NCBI GenBank assembly: GCA_964540695.1
Contig: CAZINS010000001.1
Span: 156,826-220,825, forward strand
Direction of reading: 5' to 3'
Length of the DNA: 64,000 bases
From: an uncultured Gammaproteobacteria bacterium
GTDB taxonomy: Bacteria; Patescibacteriota; Patescibacteriia; S139-126
A program made the position numbers and the translations under genes. Within the stretch, counting starts at the first letter, position 1. Every line of letters starts with the position of its first letter. The notes under the pieces were generated by a model. It was not told the DNA's origin. It did no database searches and saw nothing but the letters and a program-made list of their open reading frames with translations. This document shows, piece after piece, positions 49,536 through 60,219 of this stretch.

Positions 49536-50741
49536 CTAAAAACTACTAGCCAGCTGATACATTGGTAGTATTATAGCTGCCACCATCAGCCCAACCCCCA
49601 CACCCATCAGTACCATAATCAAAGGTTCAATCAAACTCACCATATTGGCCACCAAATTTTCAATTTCTCTGGCATAAAAATCTGTTATTTTTGCTAAAAT
49701 CTGTTCCAGTCTACCAGTTTGTTCCCCGACTGACATCATTTGTGATACCATGGGTGGTACTTCTTTACTTTTTAAAAACAAAGTAGCGACACTATTACCA
49801 TCTTCTACCTCTTTGATGGTTTGTTTGATTAACGAGCTATAGAGGTCATTACCCACCACATCTGCGACCACTTCCAAAGCCGCAGTTAGTGGCACCCCGC
49901 CCACTATCAAGGTGGATAAGGACCTAGTCAGCCGGACCAAATATATCCTTTGCCACAATTTACCAAAAATCGGAACTTTCAATTTCATGCGGTCATACAA
50001 AACCTTACCAGGACCACTTCTTGTCAATTTAAACAGGGTAAAAAACCCGCCACCAACCAAACCTATCAGTATATACCAATAATTTTTCATAAAATCAGAT
50101 ACTAAAATCAAAATCCTGGTAGCTAATGGCAACTCTGCCCCTGATTCGGAAATAATACCAGTCAATTTTGGTACCACAAACACCATCATCACAATACCCA
50201 CTACGGTTAAACCACTTAAAATAAATATAGGATAAATCATGGCACCCTTTATTTTGGAAGTAAGGTCATAATCTTTTTCTTGTTGATCAGCTAAATAATT
50301 TAACACTTCATCCAATTTACCACTGGTTTCACCTGACCTAATCATAGCCACATAAAAATCAGAAAATACTTTACGGTATCTACCCAAAGCTTGAGAAAGT
50401 TTAGCACCACCATCTACTTCATCGGCCACTTCGGAAATTATCACTTTGAGCCTGGGATTATGAGTTTGGTTAACCAAAATTTTAAGAGCCTGCACAATCG
50501 GTACAGAAGCGGAAGCCATCACCGCTAGTTGCCGAGAAAAAACTACGACATCTTTATTTTTTATCCGATTTAAAAATGGTAAATCAATATTTAGTGAACT
50601 TTTTTCTTTTTCTATTAATGACAAAATAATCAAGCCCCGATCAACCAAAATTGATGAAGCTACATTTTCTGAAGGCGCATCAACCGACCCTTGCACTATT
50701 TCACCTCGAGAATTTCTGGCACGGTATTGAAAAAAAGACAT
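49536..50741 (-). CDS. pilC: Type IV pilus assembly platform protein PilC (GspF family)
   Basis: 401 aa, two T2SS-F repeats, 3-4 TM. Confidence 0.85.
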   Translation of the reverse strand: MSFFQYRARNSRGEIVQGSVDAPSENVASSILVDRGLIILSLIEKEKSSLNIDLPFLNRIKNKDVVVFSRQLAVMASASVPIVQALKILVNQTHNPRLKVIISEVADEVDGGAKLSQALGRYRKVFSDFYVAMIRSGETSGKLDEVLNYLADQQEKDYDLTSKIKGAMIYPIFILSGLTVVGIVMMVFVVPKLTGIISESGAELPLATRILILVSDFMKNYWYILIGLVGGGFFTLFKLTRSGPGKVLYDRMKLKVPIFGKLWQRIYLVRLTRSLSTLIVGGVPLTAALEVVADVVGNDLYSSLIKQTIKEVEDGNSVATLFLKSKEVPPMVSQMMSVGEQTGRLEQILAKITDFYAREIENLVANMVSLIEPLIMVLMGVGVGLMVAAIILPMYQLASSF

Positions 50742-50744
50742 AAC

Positions 50745-51815
50745 TTATGATCTTAATATTCTTTTTAGATTTTCTGGATCATTTACTTCTTGCAGAGCAA
50801 CATTTTGATCAATTTGCCCTGATCTGACCAGCTCAGCAATATATCTATCCATAGAAATCATACCTTGCTCACGTGAAGTCAGTAAAATACTTGATAGCTG
50901 AGATAATTTATTTTCTTTGATAGCTGAGGCAATCACGGGGCTAGAGAAAACTATTTCCATTGCCAGCACCATCCCCCCGCCAATACTCGGTAACAATTTT
51001 TGAATAATTGCCCCCCGAAATACTTTGGACAATAAATACTGTGAGTGTTCACGATTTTCCGCTGGACAATCTTCAATGACAGTATGTAAAAGTTGACCAA
51101 TGCTATTGCCTTCCAGGGGCATAAATACCAGTACCCCACTATTGGCAATCTCCAGTAAGCGGTACATAATCCGCGGACTATTGACCCTGGTTACCATCAG
51201 GACATCAACATCTTCTTCGCGGATCTCCAAAGCTTCCAACCAGGACTCCACATCATTACCAACTTCTTTTTGTTGAATTAAACTTTTATTGCCAATTAAA
51301 ATATGCTCAATCGGCGCTTCCAGTGTCAAAATATTTCTTCTTTGTGTACGATTAATACTTTCAATAAAGCCAACCATAGTGGTAGTTTTACCTGCCCGAT
51401 AAGGACCACCAATCAAAACCAAGCCACTTCTTTCTTCAGTCAATTTTTCTACACTCTTAGGAAAACCAAGTTCAGCCAATGGTCTCACAATAACTGGAAT
51501 ATAATGAAAAACCAAAGAAGGAAATCCTTTTTGATAAAACACGTCCACTCGAAAACGGGCGCGGTCGCCAAAATCATAAGCAAAAATAATTTCTCGCCTG
51601 CTACCCAGTAACTGCTTTTGTTCTTCGGTAAGTAATATATCAACTACTCCTTGAATAAAATCTTTGGTCATAATTTCCTCTTCTGATAACTCTATCAACT
51701 CTTCGTGCAATCTCATCATCGGTCGAGAACCCACCACTAAATGCAAATCTGAACCTTGACGTTCAGCTAAAATAGTAAGGACACGATTTAATGTAATATT
51801 GAGAGTCGTTTGCAT
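50745..51815 (-). CDS. pilT: PilT-type retraction ATPase
   Basis: 356 aa, PilT_N, Walker A variant GGPYRAGKTT, Asp box, His box. Confidence 0.7.
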   Translation of the reverse strand: MQTTLNITLNRVLTILAERQGSDLHLVVGSRPMMRLHEELIELSEEEIMTKDFIQGVVDILLTEEQKQLLGSRREIIFAYDFGDRARFRVDVFYQKGFPSLVFHYIPVIVRPLAELGFPKSVEKLTEERSGLVLIGGPYRAGKTTTMVGFIESINRTQRRNILTLEAPIEHILIGNKSLIQQKEVGNDVESWLEALEIREEDVDVLMVTRVNSPRIMYRLLEIANSGVLVFMPLEGNSIGQLLHTVIEDCPAENREHSQYLLSKVFRGAIIQKLLPSIGGGMVLAMEIVFSSPVIASAIKENKLSQLSSILLTSREQGMISMDRYIAELVRSGQIDQNVALQEVNDPENLKRILRS

Positions 51816-52195
51816 TAGTTTTTTGTTAGATAACTTTTTACCTTTTGTATTAGTTCATCAGGATCAATATTTATTTTTACAAAATAATCTTTAATAATAT
51901 CCGGCAATGGTTGATTCTCTTGAGCAGTTGCTCGGTCGTAATTTGATAACACAACACAAATAGGTTTGGGTAATATACCGACGGCTATCATCTCCAATAA
52001 ATCCCAACCAGACAATTCGGGGATATTTAAATCTACAATCACCACCTGGGGTTTGTATTTTTCCAAATTTCGTAAAGCGGTCATACCATCTCTGGCCGAA
52101 TAAACAATAAAATTGGCGTTACTAAATTTCTTGGCATACAAAGACAACAAATATTGGTCATCTTCTACTATCAAAACTGTAGGTTGATTTGCCAT
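51815..52195 (-). CDS. Stand-alone CheY-like response-regulator receiver domain (PilH-like)
   Basis: VLIVEDD acidic pocket, phospho-acceptor in VVIVDLNIP, 126 aa, embedded between pilB and pilT. Confidence 0.75.
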   Translation of the reverse strand: MANQPTVLIVEDDQYLLSLYAKKFSNANFIVYSARDGMTALRNLEKYKPQVVIVDLNIPELSGWDLLEMIAVGILPKPICVVLSNYDRATAQENQPLPDIIKDYFVKINIDPDELIQKVKSYLTKN

Positions 52196-52196
52196 A

Positions 52197-53957
52197 TTAC
52201 TCTTTAGAAACTCTTAAAACTTCTTCCATCGTGGTTTTACCTTGCAGGACTTTGATTACGCCATCTTGTTGCATGTTAGGTAGTCCTTGCTCAATAAACA
52301 CTTTTTCAATTTCTTCCAATTTGCCATTTTCTAAAACTTTTTTTAAATCATCATTCATGGAAAGTATTTCCACAATAGCAATTCTACCTTGGTAACCAGA
52401 ATCACCACACCGTGGACAACCCCGCCCTCGATAAAACTTATAATCCTCACGGTGAATCATATCTTGTAATTCTTTCGGTAAATGAATGGGGTTTACTTCA
52501 ATAATAGTCTTTTTCACCTGATCGATAATTTTTTCTGGAATATCATTGACTTCTTCTTTACAAAATTCACAAATTTTACGAACCAATCTCTGAGCAATCA
52601 CTACGTTCAAAGTAGAACCTAGTAAAAATGGTTCAATATGCATATCAATCAAACGAGGGATAGCACCAATGGCGTCATTGGTATGCAAGGTAGATAATAC
52701 CATATGCCCGGTTAGAGCGGCATGAATTGCTAGTTCTGCCGTTTCATTGTCCCGCACCTCTCCCACCATGATAATATCTGGATCCTGACGCAGGGCTGCC
52801 CGCAAACCATTGGCAAAACCATAACCTACCTCTGTATTTACCTGGGATTGATTAATACCATCCAAATAGTATTCAATTGGGTCTTCCAGAGTAAGAATAT
52901 TCACTCCTTCTTTATTGACTAAATTCAAAACCGCGTACAGGGTAGTTGATTTACCACTACCGGTAGGCCCTGTCACCAAAAACATCCCAGTTGATTTATC
53001 AATATTTTCATATAAAATCTCAAGTCCCCTGCCCCAAAAACCTAGTTCTTCCAAGGTAATCACTTTATTACTGACATCCAAAATTCTCAATACTACTTTT
53101 TCCGCATTGAAAAGTGGCAAAAAAGATATACGTAAATCTATTTTTTGTCCGCCCACTTCTACCCGAATACGCCCGTCTTGCGGAACTCTGGTTTCATCTA
53201 TTTTTAAATTGGAAATAACTTTTAAACGGCTAATTAAAGAATTATGTAAATGTTTTGGCAAACGTAGTGAAGTATGTAAAACACCATCAATACGATATCT
53301 GACTCTGGTACTATCTTCAGCTGGTTCGATATGGATATCGGAAGCATTGCCTTCAACCGCATGTTTTAAAATCGATTCCACCATCTTGGAAACTGGAGCG
53401 GACTTGATAACTTCTTCAAAATCTTTTTCTTCCTCTTCTTCTTTTTTTTCCGCCATCTTCTTTTGGTATCTATCTTCTACTATGTCCAAAGCTTTCTTGA
53501 CTTCAGTTTTCAAAGATTCATAATTTTTAACTGTGTGTTTGAAAGCGGTTTGGGTAATAACAAAATATTCAACGCGATAATTGTTTTTGCGCGCCAAAAA
53601 CTCTACTGCCTCAATCGCCTTAAAATCACCCGGGTCGACTATACCTACTTTTAAATGTTGAGTATTTTTTTCGTACTCAAATGGCACTAATTGATAATTT
53701 TCTGCTAACTCTTTGGGAATCAAATTTAAAATATCATTGGATACTTTTTGGTTATAGAGATCTATATAAGGTAAGTTAAAAAACTCACCTTGAGCTTGAG
53801 CAATTGCTTCCTCACTAATACCCATAGCTTTAGCCACTGACTCAAAATCCTTACCTTGTGATATTTGTGTTTTAAAAGCAGCCAGCTGATCACTTTTAAG
53901 CTGGTTATTTTTAATTAATATTTCTATTATATTTTCGGAAAATCTAGCTGTAGACAT
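52197..53957 (-). CDS. pilB: Type IV pilus assembly ATPase PilB (GspE family)
   Basis: 586 aa, N-terminal GspE_N domain, Walker A GPTGSGKSTTL, tetracysteine CEFC...CPRC motif. Confidence 0.9.
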   Translation of the reverse strand: MSTARFSENIIEILIKNNQLKSDQLAAFKTQISQGKDFESVAKAMGISEEAIAQAQGEFFNLPYIDLYNQKVSNDILNLIPKELAENYQLVPFEYEKNTQHLKVGIVDPGDFKAIEAVEFLARKNNYRVEYFVITQTAFKHTVKNYESLKTEVKKALDIVEDRYQKKMAEKKEEEEEKDFEEVIKSAPVSKMVESILKHAVEGNASDIHIEPAEDSTRVRYRIDGVLHTSLRLPKHLHNSLISRLKVISNLKIDETRVPQDGRIRVEVGGQKIDLRISFLPLFNAEKVVLRILDVSNKVITLEELGFWGRGLEILYENIDKSTGMFLVTGPTGSGKSTTLYAVLNLVNKEGVNILTLEDPIEYYLDGINQSQVNTEVGYGFANGLRAALRQDPDIIMVGEVRDNETAELAIHAALTGHMVLSTLHTNDAIGAIPRLIDMHIEPFLLGSTLNVVIAQRLVRKICEFCKEEVNDIPEKIIDQVKKTIIEVNPIHLPKELQDMIHREDYKFYRGRGCPRCGDSGYQGRIAIVEILSMNDDLKKVLENGKLEEIEKVFIEQGLPNMQQDGVIKVLQGKTTMEEVLRVSKE

Positions 53958-53959
53958 AT

Positions 53960-54277
53960 TTATCTAATGGGTATAAAAGGATTGGCTCTACTTTTTGATT
54001 TAGTATCAGGCACATAGTCACGCATATCTTCCAATTCTTTGAAACGTTGATCTTGTTCTAAGCCTTGATCAAAAATTTGTTTACTAGGAAGTTTCTGAGT
54101 TTCTATTTGACTGGTTGGAATATTGGTAGTAAAAATATCGGTAATTTTAGTATCACTTTCGCCTTGACCAAACAAAACCCATAGAGTTATCGCCGCCACT
54201 ACGGCCAAAATTGAAAGCATTATTATATTTTTCTTTTTTTGTTTACTCATGGTTTTGTAAATAATATGTTCTGGCAT
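53960..54277 (-). CDS. small membrane-anchored protein in the T4P operon (PilP-like?)
   Basis: 105 aa, single TM. Confidence 0.4.
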   Translation of the reverse strand: MPEHIIYKTMSKQKKKNIIMLSILAVVAAITLWVLFGQGESDTKITDIFTTNIPTSQIETQKLPSKQIFDQGLEQDQRFKELEDMRDYVPDTKSKSRANPFIPIR

Positions 54278-54866
54278 TAAAAGAAAAACTGGCTAAAGTC
54301 GGCGAGAAAGAAATGTATTGAATATCAAATAACCTAATATTTTTTTCAATTGCTCCCACCAACTGTTTAAAATAAGGATAACTATCATTGCCAACTTTAC
54401 CCAAAAAATCAGCGGTCACATCAATTATTTTTAAATCTTTAGGTGTAGTCACACCTTCAGTTACAAAAACAGTAGTTAAATCTTTTTCCCCCAATTCACT
54501 AGCTGATACATTTAGTAATACCGTATCATTGGCTTTGGCTAAACCAGATAAATGCGTAAATAGTATTGGTGCTTCATTGGCATGAGGCAATAACTCATTT
54601 ATCTTGGCAAAATGACTATTGGGTAACTTTTTATAATCAGTAATTAAATTGTTTAACTGTTGAACTTTTTCCTGCCGTTTATTTAAAATTTGTTGCTGAT
54701 ACTCTAAGGTTAATTCTGGGGTATTTTTATATTTAGAAATTTTTGGCTGTAAAACAAAAACGTATCCCGCCACCACTAAAGCAATAGCCAACAACGAAGC
54801 TACCCAATAGATATAACGGGATAAAATTTTCAGGAAAATATTATTTTTTGGTTTTTCAATTGGCAT
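54243..54866 (-). CDS. PilO-like membrane protein
   Basis: 207 aa, N-terminal TM, coiled coil, position after PilN-like. Confidence 0.55.
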   Translation of the reverse strand: MPIEKPKNNIFLKILSRYIYWVASLLAIALVVAGYVFVLQPKISKYKNTPELTLEYQQQILNKRQEKVQQLNNLITDYKKLPNSHFAKINELLPHANEAPILFTHLSGLAKANDTVLLNVSASELGEKDLTTVFVTEGVTTPKDLKIIDVTADFLGKVGNDSYPYFKQLVGAIEKNIRLFDIQYISFSPTLASFSFNARTYYLQNHE

Positions 54867-54868
54867 AT

Positions 54869-56092
54869 TTATTTATCACGATAAAATATAGTAGTATCAA
54901 ATTGTAGATTAACCTGGGAACTAACCGGCAAAGTTTTGTAATAATCAAGCACCACGGCTCGTAAATCATATTCTTGATTATTGGTAGAAGTGGCGGTTGA
55001 GGTTGCTTGATTTACCAAATCTAAATCTGGTTCCAGGATAGATAATGCCGTAGGAGCTGAAGTAGTTTCATCATCTTCATTTAATGAAGCAGTGTTTATA
55101 TCTATGGCTATAATCTCAGGTGCTTGCTTAAAAATTTGATATTGATTGGCTAACGCCTCATAGCTTTTAGCTACCATACTCATACTAACTAAACCGTTTT
55201 TATCAGCTGTTACATTTAAAAAATAGACATCATCAGCTACATTTTGCTCTAAAAAGTTGAATAACTTATCCCAATAAATATGAGAATCAAGCAATAAATT
55301 GATATTGTCGTAAGTTTGCTGATAACCAATTAAAGCCTTTAAATCATCTGATTTGGAAATAAACTCATTTTCCGCTTGCTGAATATCTTGTTGTAATTTT
55401 TTAATCTTTTTAGCTTCTTGAAATTGAGTAAACTGGATAGCCAAATACCCCCCTACCAAAATAACCACACTAATAAGTACTGCATACAGTAAAGTAAATA
55501 AAATCTTTTTTTCATTGACGACCGATACCATATCTTCTGGTATCAAATTGACACCAAATTGGTCACTATCGTCGCCATCATTTTCTGCTAAACGTAAACC
55601 CCGCTGTAATTGTTGATCTATTTTTTCCAACATACTCAAGGGTTTACCCATATCACTATTTTGTTCAAGTGGTAAACTGCTGGCTGGTGGTTTAGTAACT
55701 GAAGCAGTCGATTGATTGGGAGAAACGGGTTTATTTACCACTTGAGGAGTTGGCGGTAAATTATTAGCAATTCTATTGTTTGTTTTATTGTCAGTCTGTC
55801 TAATATCTTGAGCATATAATTTTTGCAATGGCGTCGCTTGGTTTAAATTGCGGTTAACTGGTAAATCTGACTTTGATTTATTTTTACCACCCAAACTACC
55901 TAATAACTTTTGCCACCAGGAAATTTTTTCATAACCGACTGGGGTTGAGAGACCACTCGGTGTAGTGTAACGTGTCTGTTCTTGACCAGTATTAACTGGC
56001 TTAGGTTGTGGTTTTAAGCGCATTTTTTCTGGCAATAAATTTATATCTTTATCTAAATTGCCGTTATTTGGTTGTTGCTTGTCATCAAACAT
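54869..56092 (-). CDS. PilN-like membrane protein with long low-complexity N-terminal extension
   Basis: 407 aa; about 190 aa Pro/Gln/Asn-rich region, TM FTLLYAVLISVVILVGGYLAIQF, then PilN-like domain; immediately downstream of pilM. Confidence 0.55.
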   Translation of the reverse strand: MFDDKQQPNNGNLDKDINLLPEKMRLKPQPKPVNTGQEQTRYTTPSGLSTPVGYEKISWWQKLLGSLGGKNKSKSDLPVNRNLNQATPLQKLYAQDIRQTDNKTNNRIANNLPPTPQVVNKPVSPNQSTASVTKPPASSLPLEQNSDMGKPLSMLEKIDQQLQRGLRLAENDGDDSDQFGVNLIPEDMVSVVNEKKILFTLLYAVLISVVILVGGYLAIQFTQFQEAKKIKKLQQDIQQAENEFISKSDDLKALIGYQQTYDNINLLLDSHIYWDKLFNFLEQNVADDVYFLNVTADKNGLVSMSMVAKSYEALANQYQIFKQAPEIIAIDINTASLNEDDETTSAPTALSILEPDLDLVNQATSTATSTNNQEYDLRAVVLDYYKTLPVSSQVNLQFDTTIFYRDK

Positions 56093-56097
56093 AAAAA

Positions 56098-57216
56098 TTA
56101 ATCAATATCCCTCATTGCCAGTCCCGTGGCGACAGCCAATCTGGAACCAACTTCATCTAAAACTAATTTCAAATCTTCTGGATAAGCTACGCGAAACCAA
56201 GGATCACCCACAAAAACATTTAGATTTAAAACTTGGGATAAATAATCAGTTAAATTGGGTAAAAAAGCACTACCACCAATAAGAATCGCTTTTTCTACAC
56301 TAATAGCAGTCTGGCTTTGATACAAATTTAAAGAATATTTCACTTCATTGATTACTGGATTTAAAGCTCTTTCAATTACTTTGGGGATACCACTGGCAGC
56401 GTTGGTTTGAGCAATACCTATATCACGCTTAAACTGTTCCGCCCGCCTACGATCAATATTTAAACTGGTAGCAATAGCTTGGGTTAAGGTAGCGCCACCC
56501 ACATCTAAACTACGATTCAAAATTGGCACACCATCTTCCACAATACTGATAGCAGTAGTCAATGAACCAATATCAATAATCATGATGGGTAATTTTGATC
56601 CAAAAAATAAACTTCTCGCCAAGGCAAAAGATTCGGTTTCTAAACTAATCAACTTAAGACCGGCTCTTTTAAAAATTTCTAAATAACGAGCCACTAAATT
56701 TTTGGGCGCAGCCGTTATTAGTACACGGCGATTTTGTTTTGTATCCGGTGCTTTGATTTCTGCAATATTATTTTCTTCATTATCTTTATTCTCGACTGGT
56801 GGGGTCTGCTCACTGTTCACCTCTTCAACATTACGCAACAATTTCCAATCTAAAATCATTTCATCAAGGGGCATAGGAACAAATTTTTTAGCTTCCCACT
56901 TAACTGCCTGAGCTAAATCACTTTTGGGCATAGGTGGCAAAGATAAAATAGAGCTAAATACAGAAAAAGCTGGTAGCGCCGCTACCGCTAAATCAGTTGT
57001 TACTCTTGATTTTTTGGTAATTTCTTGTAGTAATTCAACTACTTTATTGACTGTTTCTGGAGCATTACTGCGAACAATATCACCGCTGCTCTCCACAATA
57101 CCGTAAGTCAACAAGGTAGCATGTCCCTTGGTATTAGCTAGTTCTACCACTTTGATACCAGCTGTACCTAAATCAACCCCAAGATAACTTTTAGTTTTTT
57201 TGTTAAAAAATGGCAT
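56098..57216 (-). CDS. pilM: Type IV pilus assembly protein PilM (actin-like ATPase)
   Basis: YLGVDLGTAGIKVVEL phosphate-1 motif, DIGSLTT, 372 aa. Confidence 0.85.
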   Translation of the reverse strand: MPFFNKKTKSYLGVDLGTAGIKVVELANTKGHATLLTYGIVESSGDIVRSNAPETVNKVVELLQEITKKSRVTTDLAVAALPAFSVFSSILSLPPMPKSDLAQAVKWEAKKFVPMPLDEMILDWKLLRNVEEVNSEQTPPVENKDNEENNIAEIKAPDTKQNRRVLITAAPKNLVARYLEIFKRAGLKLISLETESFALARSLFFGSKLPIMIIDIGSLTTAISIVEDGVPILNRSLDVGGATLTQAIATSLNIDRRRAEQFKRDIGIAQTNAASGIPKVIERALNPVINEVKYSLNLYQSQTAISVEKAILIGGSAFLPNLTDYLSQVLNLNVFVGDPWFRVAYPEDLKLVLDEVGSRLAVATGLAMRDID

Positions 57217-57271
57217 GAATTAATGTTGGTTGCTTGACTAAATTATACCACATTTTTAATTTTTTATGAAA

Positions 57272-58933
57272 TCAGTTTGGTGCTACTTGTGACCAAACAG
57301 GTAAACCCTTAGCAAAGTCTTGTAAACCTGGCGGAGTATTGATTAAAAGCCTGCCATCATAAATTACCTGTTCAGCAGGATCTTTTAAAACCGAGGCATA
57401 AGTTCTTTGAAAGACAAATTTTTTAGCCATCATAATACCATTGACCTTTAAGGTATTGGTTTCACTAGCACCTGTATAAATCGCCCCACAACCAGGAGTA
57501 TCACAATTTACTCCATCCTTACCTAAAACAATAAAATTTCCAGCAATTTCAGTTACATCAGGAGAGATATAAACATCGCCTCTGACAATATAAGCCACTG
57601 ATGGTAAATCTGTAAATTTTGTTACTGGATCTTGTGAATAAGTAATATTTTTTACAATATAAAGATCGCCATCAACCACAAAAGTGGTATTACCTCTAGT
57701 ATACCTTGTGGTTCCCGGATCACCAGAAGCTGATCCAATAGTTAAATCACCATTATCAATTATATATCTGGTATTGGGCCAAGAAAAATCACCATTGATC
57801 GGCCAATTACCACTAATATAATTCACTTGACCGTATTTATTGGTTCTATTTTCTGAAATACCAGGGATATCTAAATAACCAAGTACGTTGAAAAAATTGG
57901 TACTAGCTTTTGGTAAAGAAATATTATATGGAAAATTTGGCATCACGTATTCTCCTCGACCAAAGGTTGAGTCCTTTTCTTCGCTACTAAAATTTTGAAT
58001 ATTACCTCCCGCCATAATCAAATACGTAGCATTAAACTTACCACTGGGGGCATTTAAATCTGGAGAAATATTTGTTTGAGCATAAACATCGCCGTCAACT
58101 GTTTGAATATAGGGCACGGCAATTTGTACGCCAGTACTTGGACAAAGTCCGCGATTGGTAAAAACCGGATTGGGAGGACCGTTATATTCCTCATTGATAC
58201 ATAACCAGCCATAACCAACATAAGGCATACCACTACCATCATTATTTATAAAACCAGAATCATTCAATCCTCCCCAACCTAAACCTCTTATTTCCAAAGT
58301 GCTGGTTGAAAATCTTAAACCGTATTCTGTACCATCATCCGTTGTAACTCCACGCAAAGAAACCCAACCTATTTGCCCATCACCTAAACCGCTCCAACCA
58401 ACAATCTTGGCCCAACCTGAAATCGGAGCAGGATCTTGATCAGCTGGATAGGTAACATTTAAGTTTGGATTTGCTGGTTCCCAAGTACTACCTCTAAAGT
58501 CAGTAGTATAATCAATCCTTCCATTGCGACAACTTTCTCCAAAACAAATCCACCCTGCTCCTTGACTCCAAATCCAACCAGTAATTTGCCTTGATTGTAA
58601 ATCAACCCGCAGTCCATAAGGAGCATAACCCAAACCTTTATCACTCACACAAGGTTCATCTATATTTACTCGACAAATTAACCCGGCTGAAGCTTGGGAA
58701 TAAAAACAATAACAATCATTAAATGAAGTTAGACCAAAACCCGAGCCAGTATAACTACCCAAAGTTCCTGATAATAAAGGCGACCAACCCCAACCAGAAA
58801 TATTGTCATTCAAGGCACTTTGGGAGCTAGGGACAAAAGTTACTAAAATAAAAAACAAAGCAAATATAAAAGTTGCTAAAATTCCCAGCCAAGCAAACAA
58901 TGGTGATATATTTTTATTTTTATCAATACTCAT
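57272..58933 (-). CDS. large Gly/Trp/Asn-rich secreted protein with N-terminal TM (candidate pilus-associated adhesin)
   Basis: 553 aa, TM ISPLFAWLGILATFIFALFFILVTFV, repeated GW and Cys-containing segments; adjacent to the T4P operon. Confidence 0.45.
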   Translation of the reverse strand: MSIDKNKNISPLFAWLGILATFIFALFFILVTFVPSSQSALNDNISGWGWSPLLSGTLGSYTGSGFGLTSFNDCYCFYSQASAGLICRVNIDEPCVSDKGLGYAPYGLRVDLQSRQITGWIWSQGAGWICFGESCRNGRIDYTTDFRGSTWEPANPNLNVTYPADQDPAPISGWAKIVGWSGLGDGQIGWVSLRGVTTDDGTEYGLRFSTSTLEIRGLGWGGLNDSGFINNDGSGMPYVGYGWLCINEEYNGPPNPVFTNRGLCPSTGVQIAVPYIQTVDGDVYAQTNISPDLNAPSGKFNATYLIMAGGNIQNFSSEEKDSTFGRGEYVMPNFPYNISLPKASTNFFNVLGYLDIPGISENRTNKYGQVNYISGNWPINGDFSWPNTRYIIDNGDLTIGSASGDPGTTRYTRGNTTFVVDGDLYIVKNITYSQDPVTKFTDLPSVAYIVRGDVYISPDVTEIAGNFIVLGKDGVNCDTPGCGAIYTGASETNTLKVNGIMMAKKFVFQRTYASVLKDPAEQVIYDGRLLINTPPGLQDFAKGLPVWSQVAPN

Positions 58934-58993
58934 ATGTTTTCAGCTTTAGCACCTGCTTAATTAAAAATAACTTAAACCGATTATTTTTTCAAT

Positions 58994-59611
58994 TTAAAAA
59001 CTGCTACCAACTAATAGTTGATATAACCACTGAATAATTGGCGCAATTAAATTCCAAAGAAAAAAAACAAAAAATAAAACTAATACCATACCATAGCGCT
59101 CGGTATTGATTTTAAATTGCCACCAAAACTTATTATCAGGGAGTAAGGCGAACAAAATTTTTGAACCGTCAAGTGGCGGAATGGGTATTAAATTAAAAAC
59201 TGCTAGTAGTATATTAATATAAACAATCAAGGAAAGAAAAGCAGTAAAAACAGATGGTGCTAAAAATTTGATTATGAGACCAAGAACAATAGCAATAAAT
59301 AAATTAACTGCCGGCCCGGCTGCCGCCACTAAAGCTGGCCCCCAACGACGATTGCGTAGATTGAAAGGATTGTATGGTACGGGTTTTGCCCATCCAATCA
59401 AAAAATTCCCCGGCAATAATAAAAGTAATAAAGGTATAAAAATTGTGCCCATAGGGTCAATATGCGGTATGGGATTCAAAGTCAATCGCCCCGCTAATCT
59501 TGCGGTATCATCACCCTGACGTTCAGCCGCCCAACCATGCATATACTCATGAATAATGGCCGAGGCGATTATGATTAAAAAAAAGAAAATAGAAGTTACG
59601 ATATCTGTCAT
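58994..59611 (-). CDS. M50-family (site-2 protease-like) zinc metallopeptidase
   Basis: HEYMHG (HExxH in TM helix) and NLIPIPPLDG (LDG motif); 205 aa. Confidence 0.75.
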   Translation of the reverse strand: MTDIVTSIFFFLIIIASAIIHEYMHGWAAERQGDDTARLAGRLTLNPIPHIDPMGTIFIPLLLLLLPGNFLIGWAKPVPYNPFNLRNRRWGPALVAAAGPAVNLFIAIVLGLIIKFLAPSVFTAFLSLIVYINILLAVFNLIPIPPLDGSKILFALLPDNKFWWQFKINTERYGMVLVLFFVFFLWNLIAPIIQWLYQLLVGSSF

Positions 59612-59619
59612 GTTTTAAT

Positions 59620-60168
59620 TTAAAATTTAAAATGCTCAGTTATAAGTTCAGCACATTTTTCAGCACTCAATACTGTATTATCAAGTTTTAAATAGTTTTT
59701 ATTAGAAAAATAATCAACGTTGGAAACAAAATCTTTATCTTTTTCCAAAGCTTCCAGCCCTTTGATGGTGGCTACTTTTTTCATTTCCTTTCTGGTGGAA
59801 CTAGTCACTCTGGCCTTTCTTTCCGATTCGCTTGATTGCAACTCTACAAAATAAACCTCAATTTTTTTCTTTTTAGCCAATTTCAACATCCGCTCTACAA
59901 AACCCATATCACGTTCATCATTGAATGCCCAGACAAAAGTCATAACTAGTCCGGAAAAATGTTTTAGGTTGGCAGCCGTAGAGATTATCAATTCTCTAAT
60001 CCCTTCATCCGCCAATCTATACTCCTTAGTACCAAAAAAGAAAAAATCATCTAGTAAATCAAAAATTTCTTGCTTATGTAGGATTCTAAATCCGCATTTT
60101 TTAGCAAGTTCCCGTCCGACTGTAAGTTTGCCTACTGCGGGTGGTCCAAATATTATTACCAATTTCAT
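59620..60168 (-). CDS. P-loop NTPase / small kinase-like protein
   Basis: MKLVIIFGPPAVGKLTVGRELA Walker A at the extreme N-terminus; 182 aa. Confidence 0.5.
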   Translation of the reverse strand: MKLVIIFGPPAVGKLTVGRELAKKCGFRILHKQEIFDLLDDFFFFGTKEYRLADEGIRELIISTAANLKHFSGLVMTFVWAFNDERDMGFVERMLKLAKKKKIEVYFVELQSSESERKARVTSSTRKEMKKVATIKGLEALEKDKDFVSNVDYFSNKNYLKLDNTVLSAEKCAELITEHFKF

Positions 60169-60219
60169 AAGTAATAAAAATAAGATATTATATATTTATT
60201 ATAACACAAGCAAAAATTT

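Noticed and set aside
52915-53523. 202 aa plus-strand ORF, and many other 60-100 aa ORFs antisense to long genes (e.g. 3018-3254, 9753-9974, 20577-20888, 45501-45749)
   Set aside because: Embedded antisense within well-supported conserved genes (pilB, glyS, hydrogenase, ileS). Low-complexity translations, no RBS. Typical AT-rich antisense noise.
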